A stretch of 64,000 nucleotides of DNA, taken from positions 33,024 to 97,023 of the IMG/VR virus record IMGVR_UViG_3300027797_000019. One strand, written 5' to 3'. The stretch comes from a virus. The notes beneath the pieces are model-generated. The model worked only from the letters and a program-made list of their open reading frames with translations. It made no database searches and was not told where the DNA came from. This document shows, piece by piece, positions 7,828-16,635 of this stretch (its first letter is position 1; every line of letters begins with the position of its first letter). Made by a program: the position numbers and the translations under genes.

Positions 7828-10800
7828 GTCAAGGGCTTGATAATAAAAGTAGTCTGCAGAAGAACAATACCTTTACAAAAGGTATGGTTAAAGACTTTAA
7901 CGACCTATTTGTCGGTGAGGGGTTGTGGACTCATGCCCGTAATGCGGTAAACAATTCACATCTTGGTGAGGTTGGTGTGTTAGGAAATGAGCAGGCAAAT
8001 AGATACTGTACTACAGCTCCCTACACTATAATAGGATTAATCCATAAGTCAAGTAGTGAGTGGATTGTATTTTCTACAAATAATACCGATAGCGAAATTG
8101 GAATTTTTGATGAAGGTTTGTGTAAATACACAAAATCTGTAAATGATAAATGTCTTGGTTTTAAGACAACTAATTTAATTACTGGTGCAGCAAAAGAAAA
8201 CTTTGACTGTACTCACTCTGTTTATTGGCAAGACGGGTTAAATCCTGATCGGTATATTAATCTGGATAATATACCCTATAAGAAGACTGGCGTCAACCTT
8301 TCCCCAGATCCTTCATGTTATATTCCAGAATATTCAGATGAATTGGATTGTGAAAAGACCCTCTTGCAATCTATAGTAGAAACACCCTGTATTCGTATCA
8401 GTAAGGGGAAAGGTGCCGGTCAATTACTTAATGGTTCTTATCAAGCTGTAATCGCTTACTCTGTAAATGGTGTTAGAGTAACGGATTACTTTAAACCAAG
8501 TAATGTTCAATCGCTGTGGAGTCATAGTGGTGTAGGTGGTTCAATGGAAATAGATATTGATGAAATAGACACAACATTTGATGAGTTTGAACTTGTTATG
8601 GTCACTACAGTCAATTTGCAAACTGTAGCTCGCAGAATAGGATATTATAATACTCGTCAAAAGAAAATAGTTCTTGACCTTATAGATCAAGCATGGGTAA
8701 CAATACCCTTGTCTTACATTCCTCTTCAAAATGCACTTTATTACAAGAGTGATAAAATATTTGAGATTAATGGTTACCTACTAAGATCTGGTGTAACAAC
8801 AAGACCTGATTTTAATTATCAACCTTTAGCAAACCAGATTCAGTCTAAATGGGTTTCTGTAGAATATCCTTCTAACTATTACATTAGAGGTGGTAATAAA
8901 ACTTCATACATGCGTGATGAGGTCTATAGCTTCTTTATTCGTTGGATTTATAAAACTGGTCATCGTTCTGCATCTTATCATATTCCAGGTAGAGCACCAA
9001 TAGCAACCGACACGCAAATAGCTACTGGTAATGATGTTTTGCCTGGTGAAACAATAAATTGGCAGGTTTATAATACTGCTACAAAAACAGCGGCTTCAGG
9101 AATACTTCCAGACGGTGGGGTATTATCTTTCACAGGTCAAATGGGGTATTGGGAATCTACAGAAAAATATTCTGATGACAAACCTGATATTTGGGGTCCA
9201 TTGTGTGGTAAACCTATTAGACATCATAAGTTTCCTGATAACGTTACAACACATATACACTCTAACGCAGGTTCGAAAATTTCAATACTAGGTGTTGAAT
9301 TTTTAAATATTCAGCACCCGTTAGATTTAGATGGTAATCCTATAGAAGATATTGTAGGATATGAGATATTAAGAGGATCTCGTGAGGGTAATAGAAGCAT
9401 AGTTGCTAAAGGATTGTTTAACAACATGTGGGAATATGAAATTGATGGACAACCTGGTAAAAAAGGATTGTATCAAAATTTTCCATATAATGACTTGAAT
9501 CCAAATGTGTTTTTAAGAACAGCGTTGAAAAAAGATAATGGTAATAAACCTGATCACAGTTCACTTGCACCGTCAAGTTATCGTAAGGATATTTACTCTT
9601 TTCATTCACCTGATACTACATTTAACAAACCTTTTTTCTCTCAAGGTGCAGTAGAAGTATATACGGTTGAGCATGGCTCTGTTGAAGGTAAATTTGAATT
9701 TCCATATAAGCATCCTAAAAGTAAATTAATTACAGATGGTGCTTTTGTATTTGCATCTGTTGTCGGTGCCGGTATAGCAGTTCTTGCAGCTTTAGGTAAG
9801 GCGACAAACAGGACTGATGTAAGCGCTACATTTCTTGGTGCAGGTGTAATAAAAATATCACAAGCTGAATCAGGAACTGCTACAGCTATTCCTGATATAG
9901 CAAGTATGATTACAGCAAGACCTGTAGGTACAGTTGCTGGTATTCTGTTAGCAGCACCAGCATTAATATATTATGGTGCTCTCGGTATTCAATCTGCTTT
10001 GGAAGCTATTTATGCATTTAGTCCATTTAGGGATTATGCTTTGCAAGTAAACTCTCACGGATTTTACAATAATGCAATACCGATTACTAATAAAGGTAAC
10101 AGGCGTAGAGCAGTTACAGATAATTCTGGAAGATATATTGATCCATTTGTTCAAGCATATGTTGATAATTTGAAGATTAATAATTTATTTAGAAATAAGT
10201 TTGTAGCAGTAAAACTATCTAGTCAATTATCTGACCCACATGTTAATGTTGGTAATAATTCTATTAAGGATAATTCAAGAGTAAGAATTCATGATTTAGA
10301 AAAGCATGATGATCCTACAAATGGCGTGTATAGTAGAAATACATCTGCATATTATGGGGCAATTAAATTGAGCTATGAGAATCAATATGGACAATTAGAT
10401 TCTATTGTTCAGCTTCCTATTGAAAGTTGCATATTCAAAACACAACCTGGTTCAATTAGATATCGAACTGGAGCATTATTTGGAGGAGATGTGTATATTA
10501 ATCGATACACTGAAAAAAATCCATATATGTTTTTTAATCAGTGGTTACTAGGTGAAAACAATGGTACAGAATACAACTATAAGAATTATATTAATGGACC
10601 GTTTCCTCGTTACTGGGCAAACTTAGAAAGGTTTGATTTAAATGATTTTACAATCAAACTAAATTTAAAGAAAGGTTTAGAACTTACTACACCAAGTGAT
10701 TTTCATCATATGGATAGAGCTGGTAGTAAGACTGGTGTTTTTGTACTTAAGCGAGCGTTTTTTTATCTATTTAATAATGGCGTGAGAGATTTCTTTGTGG

Positions 10801-12458
10801 AATCCGAAATAAACCTTGCACATAGAGATTACGGTGAATTGTTACATGAAAAACATTTTGAACCTGAAGGATACTCTGACTACAATGAAATGTTTAGATC
10901 AGATATTATCACTAAAGGTAACTACTATAAATATGATTTTTCTTTAAGCGTATCTAAGCTATATAACAATTTTTCAACTTGGGGTAAAGTACTTCCTAGA
11001 AGTTATGATCCACGAGTTGCGGTAGATTGTTTTGAGTATTATCCGAGTCGAGTTATTTATTCATTACAACAACAGGATGAACTAAAACGTGATAATTGGA
11101 AAGCATATCTTGCAAATAACTATAAGGATTTTGGAGGTAAGGTAAGTAATATCAAAAGCTTAAATGAGAATGGTGCTGTTATTCTATATGAAGATTCAGA
11201 ACCTACTCGTTTTGTAGGCGTAGATACACTTCAAACTCAAGGTGGTACAAAAATTACTATAGGGGATGGTGGATTATTCCAACAGAACATGCAATCCCTT
11301 GTTAACGCTGATGATATTCTAGAATATGGAAGTTGTCAAAGTCATAGATCAGCTATAAATACTCCTTATGGATTGTTTTACATTTCTCAGAAAATTGGTA
11401 AAGTGGTCCAATATGGTGGCGGAGGTTTAGAAGAAATATCTCGTAACGGTATGCGTCTCTGGTTTGCTGAGTACTTACCATCTAAGTTATTGCAAGCATT
11501 TCCTGATTATGATCTCTATGATAATCCTGTTGAAGGAATTGGTTGCCAGACAATATATGATGGTCAGTATGATTTGATCTATTTTACAAAAAGAGATTTT
11601 AAACCATTACTACCAGAAATTAAATATGACATAGAAGCTAAGAAGTTTTATGTTCCTTGTAATTACAATCTAATAGAAAACCAACCTTTAACACCGGTTG
11701 GTAGCAGATGCTATGTTGAACTTACAAATCCTAAATATTTTGAAGATTGTAGCTGGACTATCAGTTATGACCCTAAGTCAAAAGTTTGGGTAAGTTTTCA
11801 CGACTGGCATCCTAGTTTGACATTACCTGCATATGAGCATTTCTTAACAGTTAAAGGTTCAGAGTTTTGGAAACATAATGATCGTTGTGATCTTTATTCT
11901 AACTACTACGGTATTGACTATCCTTGGGAAGTAGAATTTCCTGTGACAAGTGGTAACAATGTAACTACTACAAGAAGTGTAGAATATTTACTGGAGAACT
12001 ACAAATACTATAATGATTGCCAGGACAGTTTTGCTCCTCTTGATCATAACTTTGACAGGGCTGTTATTTATAATAACGAGCAAATATCAGGTGTATTAGA
12101 GTTGCAGGTAAAGCCTAAAAATAATCCTATAGCATTACTGCAGTATCCAATTGCTGGTACTAATTCAGTACAAATACATTACTCAAAAGAAGAGAATAAG
12201 TATCGATTTAATCAGTTTTGGGATCTAACCAGAAACAGATTTGAATTTGTGGGCGGAGCTGTACCAATGTGGATTACCGAAGCTAATGGATATAAAAGGC
12301 GTATTAATCCTACATATATCAATTATGCTAAACCTCCGCTGGAACGTAAGAAATTCCGTCACTACGGAAATAGGTTGTTCTTGAGAAAGAATATAAGTGG
12401 TGAAATAAAAATGCTTCTTAAATTATTTACAACCAAACAACTGGTAAGTTTTAGATAA
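7824..12458 (+). CDS. Muzzle / tail stabilisation protein (crAss, P22 gp10-like)
   Basis: N-terminal FTKGMVKD...THARNA, YMRDEVYSFFIRW...SYHIPGR, FGGDVYI, C-terminal WTISY...WVSFHDW; 1544 aa; synteny. Confidence 0.75.
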   Translation: MSQGLDNKSSLQKNNTFTKGMVKDFNDLFVGEGLWTHARNAVNNSHLGEVGVLGNEQANRYCTTAPYTIIGLIHKSSSEWIVFSTNNTDSEIGIFDEGLCKYTKSVNDKCLGFKTTNLITGAAKENFDCTHSVYWQDGLNPDRYINLDNIPYKKTGVNLSPDPSCYIPEYSDELDCEKTLLQSIVETPCIRISKGKGAGQLLNGSYQAVIAYSVNGVRVTDYFKPSNVQSLWSHSGVGGSMEIDIDEIDTTFDEFELVMVTTVNLQTVARRIGYYNTRQKKIVLDLIDQAWVTIPLSYIPLQNALYYKSDKIFEINGYLLRSGVTTRPDFNYQPLANQIQSKWVSVEYPSNYYIRGGNKTSYMRDEVYSFFIRWIYKTGHRSASYHIPGRAPIATDTQIATGNDVLPGETINWQVYNTATKTAASGILPDGGVLSFTGQMGYWESTEKYSDDKPDIWGPLCGKPIRHHKFPDNVTTHIHSNAGSKISILGVEFLNIQHPLDLDGNPIEDIVGYEILRGSREGNRSIVAKGLFNNMWEYEIDGQPGKKGLYQNFPYNDLNPNVFLRTALKKDNGNKPDHSSLAPSSYRKDIYSFHSPDTTFNKPFFSQGAVEVYTVEHGSVEGKFEFPYKHPKSKLITDGAFVFASVVGAGIAVLAALGKATNRTDVSATFLGAGVIKISQAESGTATAIPDIASMITARPVGTVAGILLAAPALIYYGALGIQSALEAIYAFSPFRDYALQVNSHGFYNNAIPITNKGNRRRAVTDNSGRYIDPFVQAYVDNLKINNLFRNKFVAVKLSSQLSDPHVNVGNNSIKDNSRVRIHDLEKHDDPTNGVYSRNTSAYYGAIKLSYENQYGQLDSIVQLPIESCIFKTQPGSIRYRTGALFGGDVYINRYTEKNPYMFFNQWLLGENNGTEYNYKNYINGPFPRYWANLERFDLNDFTIKLNLKKGLELTTPSDFHHMDRAGSKTGVFVLKRAFFYLFNNGVRDFFVESEINLAHRDYGELLHEKHFEPEGYSDYNEMFRSDIITKGNYYKYDFSLSVSKLYNNFSTWGKVLPRSYDPRVAVDCFEYYPSRVIYSLQQQDELKRDNWKAYLANNYKDFGGKVSNIKSLNENGAVILYEDSEPTRFVGVDTLQTQGGTKITIGDGGLFQQNMQSLVNADDILEYGSCQSHRSAINTPYGLFYISQKIGKVVQYGGGGLEEISRNGMRLWFAEYLPSKLLQAFPDYDLYDNPVEGIGCQTIYDGQYDLIYFTKRDFKPLLPEIKYDIEAKKFYVPCNYNLIENQPLTPVGSRCYVELTNPKYFEDCSWTISYDPKSKVWVSFHDWHPSLTLPAYEHFLTVKGSEFWKHNDRCDLYSNYYGIDYPWEVEFPVTSGNNVTTTRSVEYLLENYKYYNDCQDSFAPLDHNFDRAVIYNNEQISGVLELQVKPKNNPIALLQYPIAGTNSVQIHYSKEENKYRFNQFWDLTRNRFEFVGGAVPMWITEANGYKRRINPTYINYAKPPLERKKFRHYGNRLFLRKNISGEIKMLLKLFTTKQLVSFR

Positions 12459-15400
12459 TGGAGAATTTATATAAATACATTTCATTTGATGGTTATCGAA
12501 ACGATAGTCCTGATAGATACAACCCTGTAAATATTATTCCTACAGGTCGTATTTCTATGAGAGATGTTAATTATCCTGTTTTTGGTATAGACGAATATGG
12601 TAATGGAGGTATTATGTATCCTGGTAATGATTATCAGTTTACAGGAAATACTGTTTTAGAAATTCCTATGATGCAGCGTGGGGGACAACCTGTATATGAT
12701 AACATTCCTAGTCCAGCTGTTATGAGGTCTAAAGCTCAAGCAGATCATGAAGCTGATATAGTATTAAGACAGAAAGCTCTTCAACCTATTACAAAGCCAG
12801 TTATTGATTTTATGCAGGAATGGATGAGTTCACCTATGTATAAAGCTATGCTTCAAAAGAGCAACGGTTCTAGTATAGCTAAAGGAAGAGAGAAACAGCT
12901 TCAGACAATGCGTGCACCTGGTTCATTTAATATAGATGTTGACTTAAATCCATATCATGATTGGGTAGATAATTTTTTTGTACCTAGAACTTTAGGTTCA
13001 TACGGTATAAATACCCTTACTGGGGAAAATAAAATCTATATAGATAAAAAAGAGACCGATCCAAAGAGACGTAAAGAAATTGCAGTTCATGAACTTTCTC
13101 ATGCTACTGATAATCCTAATGGTGCTGGTGGAACACCATTATTACCCGCTGCTGATATTGCTAAGATGCAAGCATACAGAGCTGCATTTGATAAAACAAG
13201 GAAATCTAAACCTGAAGACTGGCAGACTGAGTTTTATAACTATTTAGCTGAACCAACTGAAACAAGAGCTAGATTAAATACACTTAGATATCTTGGTAAA
13301 CAAAAAGGTATTTATGATCCTTTTACAGAGAAGATTGATAAAAACAAGTTAGATAAGTTTAACTCACTTTTTTCAAATGATATTTCTTTAAGACAGCTAA
13401 GAGAAATATACTCTGATGAACAGATAACAGATATGCTAAACAGTATTTCTAAAGTACCATCTGTTTCAAGTATCCCTTTAGCAAAAGGCGGTGGACAGCA
13501 CGGTGGTCTCGACAGATGGTTCGCTGAAAAGTGGGTTGATGTTAAGACAGGTAAAGAATGTGGTAGACAAGAAGGTGAAAAACGTAAAGGTTATCCCGCA
13601 TGTCGTCCTTCTAAAAGAGTATCTACTGATACTCCGAAAACAGCTTCAGAATTATCTTCTGCTGAAAAAGCAAGATTTAAAAGAGAGAAAACATCTAGTA
13701 AAAGAATTTCATATAACCATAAGAAAGAAGAAGGTGGTGAGCTTGAATTAGCTCAATATGGATATATGATACCACCTGCTGGATTCAATCTTATGCTTGG
13801 AGCATCAGAGTTATATAACTATTTCTTTGGTGATGAACCTAAAGAAGTAAGTAAACCTCAGGTTAAGAATGTTAGTCCAATGGGTTCTATGTATCAGCTA
13901 TATAATGCTGATTTAAACCAGTTCAAATCACAAAAGACTAATAATGATAAACTAAACCAAAATAACTCAGGAAACATTAATCTTTCATCTGGTAGATTTC
14001 AAGGTGCACAAGTATCGCCAGAAGTGATAAAAGAAGCTGTTGCATCTGCTAAAGCCCAGGGAATAGATCCGTGGTTAATGCTATCTGTAATCGGAAGAGA
14101 ATCAACATTTGGTAGTGGTACTGATGCAAACATAAAAAGAGCAGGTAGTAAATCAAAATTGGTATCTGGTTGGGATGTTGCAGAGAATTATACCCCATAC
14201 GATCCTTTAAGATTTCTTGCAGACAAAAAAGTTCCGGGTGTTAGTACAACTCGTGATGCACACGGTTGGCATTATAAGTTAGATGATAAAGCTGCGTTGA
14301 ATAAATATTTATCACAACATCCTGAATTAGTAGCTCAATATCAAAAGAAAGTAGAGAGTACCCCCGAACTTGGTAATCTTGATAGTTTTGATTTAGCTGC
14401 TAAATTTATTAAAGAACGAGGTCTTGCTCGTTATAACCCTGGAGATCCTAATTATTCTTCAATGGTTAATCAAGACATGAAATTATTACAATCTGACCCT
14501 AAATTAAAAGCATATATGAAAACGCTTGGATATGAGAACGGTGGCGAACTATTTGATATGAAATCAGGTGGTAATGTACCGACAAATCCTTCACTATGGA
14601 GTAAAGCAAAAGCTGCTGCAAAAGCAAAATATGATGTGTATCCTTCTGCATACGCAAATGGTTTTGCTGCTAAATGGTATAAACAGCGCGGAGGTAGTTG
14701 GAAAAAAGCTGCTGAAGGTGGATGCTTTGAATGCGGTGGACAGTTTGCAGAAGGTGGTGTTAACTATAATGACATGTTGAATCAACCAGTATTTATTCCA
14801 ACAAACTTTGTTCAGTTTGGTGGTGTAGCAAATCCACTAAAGCAACTGCAAAATATGGATACGGGTGATAAAATACAATTAGCAAAATTAGCAATGATGT
14901 TTGCTAAAGATGGCGGTGAAGCTGACGGGGGAATGGCACTTACACAAGTAAATGCAATGATTGATAGACTTAATAACCTTAAGAATTTTATTACTCTTGA
15001 ATCAGATTTAGATCCGTGGATCAGTGATAAAATATCTGTAATGAATCATTCTGCTACTGCAATTAATGATTACATGCAATATGGTGAACAAGAAGAACCT
15101 GAGGAAATGAGAGAAGGTGGAGGTATACCTACAAGGTATAAAAATATGGGATTCAGTAAGGTGGGTGTTAAAAAAGAATCTTCTCGTCCTGGTAAGAAAT
15201 GGATGGTACTTGCTAAAAAAGGCGATGACTATAAAGTTGTTCATGGTGGTTACGATGGTATGAAGGACTTTTCTCAACATGGTTCTGAAAAACGTAAAGA
15301 TCGTTTTTGGGATCGTATGGGTGGAAAAGATTCTGCAAAAGCAAAAGATCCATTTTCACCATTATACTGGCATAAGAAGTTTGGTACTTGGGCTGAAGGT

Positions 15401-16552
15401 GGTGAACCTCAGAATGAAGGGTTTCAAGCATTACCCGAAGAAGTGCAAAATAAAATTTTGAAAAGAATGATTGGTGGTGGAGAAGAAGGCGATTGGATGA
15501 CAATTGGTAAAACTACTAATAGAAACATTGCAGCTTATCAAGATAAACCTACCAGGAGCATGGTGAACTTTGGTGCTAATACAACACTTAATCCTACACT
15601 ATATGCTATTGAGGGTATGGATGACAAAGGTTTTTTTGGTGATCTTGCTGCTATTGCATTGGGTGCTGGTGCACTAAATAATGTTGGATTAGGTTACAGA
15701 AAACTTTTGGGTCCTGCATCTAAGACACAGACTCAGATGAATACTAGGACTGGTAAAATGGTAACATCCAATCTCATGGATCGTGATAGTAAGAAATTAA
15801 TGAATCAGTGGGAAAAACCTGAGTTTTATCAAGAACCTGTTCAAGATGAGTTAAGACGAAAGCAAAAAATGAATTTGAGTGTTCCACCGACTGGTGTAGA
15901 TACAATTCCGATGGATAGTTTTGAAAACATGGCAAAGTATGGAGGATATTATGTAAGCAAAATGCTAACCGGTGGTCAACCTATGTTGTCAAAAGATGAA
16001 TGGATGCAACAGAATGGTAGAGGGTTAATGGGTCAAGAATTACAAGATGAAAAAGATTATCAAGCGTATGTGCAACAGTGGCAGCTTGAGAATGAAAATT
16101 CAACAACTCAACAAACGCCTGCAACTACAACAACTACAACCCCTGAAGTAACTACAAGACTTGGTAAATCAAAGATGATTCCAAATCTTGAGTTAGATCC
16201 AGAAGGGCAAGCTCTTGCTTACGGTACTATTTCTGCGATAAGTACAATTGCTAACAGAAAGAATCGTAAAGACACCTTAAAAGAGTACGAAGCAAATCTT
16301 CAAAAGTATGGTAATACTGACTTTAGATTTGATAACAATTATGTCAATCGTGATATGTTTGGTCAATACACTACTAACAGAGCACAAGGTCAAAACTTTA
16401 TTTTAAATAAAACTACTTATGCTCAAGACATGGGTAATCAATTTAATTATGGTTTTGGTACAAACTTTAAAGAAGGTGGTGAATATGATTTAACACCTCA
16501 GCAGATTGCAGCTATCATGGCTGCTGGTGGAGAGATTGAGTTTATTGATTAA
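12458..16552 (+). CDS. Modular virion cargo protein (putative GG-cleaved polyprotein) with zincin and lysozyme/SLT-like modules
   Basis: HELSH...EPTETRARL at 13088; GIDPWLMLSVIGRESTFG...YNPG at about 14060-14440; about 16 x-x-x-GG motifs between modules. Confidence 0.65.
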   Translation: MENLYKYISFDGYRNDSPDRYNPVNIIPTGRISMRDVNYPVFGIDEYGNGGIMYPGNDYQFTGNTVLEIPMMQRGGQPVYDNIPSPAVMRSKAQADHEADIVLRQKALQPITKPVIDFMQEWMSSPMYKAMLQKSNGSSIAKGREKQLQTMRAPGSFNIDVDLNPYHDWVDNFFVPRTLGSYGINTLTGENKIYIDKKETDPKRRKEIAVHELSHATDNPNGAGGTPLLPAADIAKMQAYRAAFDKTRKSKPEDWQTEFYNYLAEPTETRARLNTLRYLGKQKGIYDPFTEKIDKNKLDKFNSLFSNDISLRQLREIYSDEQITDMLNSISKVPSVSSIPLAKGGGQHGGLDRWFAEKWVDVKTGKECGRQEGEKRKGYPACRPSKRVSTDTPKTASELSSAEKARFKREKTSSKRISYNHKKEEGGELELAQYGYMIPPAGFNLMLGASELYNYFFGDEPKEVSKPQVKNVSPMGSMYQLYNADLNQFKSQKTNNDKLNQNNSGNINLSSGRFQGAQVSPEVIKEAVASAKAQGIDPWLMLSVIGRESTFGSGTDANIKRAGSKSKLVSGWDVAENYTPYDPLRFLADKKVPGVSTTRDAHGWHYKLDDKAALNKYLSQHPELVAQYQKKVESTPELGNLDSFDLAAKFIKERGLARYNPGDPNYSSMVNQDMKLLQSDPKLKAYMKTLGYENGGELFDMKSGGNVPTNPSLWSKAKAAAKAKYDVYPSAYANGFAAKWYKQRGGSWKKAAEGGCFECGGQFAEGGVNYNDMLNQPVFIPTNFVQFGGVANPLKQLQNMDTGDKIQLAKLAMMFAKDGGEADGGMALTQVNAMIDRLNNLKNFITLESDLDPWISDKISVMNHSATAINDYMQYGEQEEPEEMREGGGIPTRYKNMGFSKVGVKKESSRPGKKWMVLAKKGDDYKVVHGGYDGMKDFSQHGSEKRKDRFWDRMGGKDSAKAKDPFSPLYWHKKFGTWAEGGEPQNEGFQALPEEVQNKILKRMIGGGEEGDWMTIGKTTNRNIAAYQDKPTRSMVNFGANTTLNPTLYAIEGMDDKGFFGDLAAIALGAGALNNVGLGYRKLLGPASKTQTQMNTRTGKMVTSNLMDRDSKKLMNQWEKPEFYQEPVQDELRRKQKMNLSVPPTGVDTIPMDSFENMAKYGGYYVSKMLTGGQPMLSKDEWMQQNGRGLMGQELQDEKDYQAYVQQWQLENENSTTQQTPATTTTTTPEVTTRLGKSKMIPNLELDPEGQALAYGTISAISTIANRKNRKDTLKEYEANLQKYGNTDFRFDNNYVNRDMFGQYTTNRAQGQNFILNKTTYAQDMGNQFNYGFGTNFKEGGEYDLTPQQIAAIMAAGGEIEFID

Positions 16553-16579
16553 TCCTATGGTAATCTGCGTAAAATATTG

Positions 16580-16595
16580 TAAATTCTAAATGTAG
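16580..16595 (+). promoter_or_regulatory. Putative phage promoter motif
   Basis: TAAATTCTAAATGTAG, 14/16 identical to the 5064 copy, intergenic. Confidence 0.5.
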
Positions 16596-16635
16596 GGGAT
16601 TTAAATCCGCATGCATTTTTAAACTTTAAAAGTTT

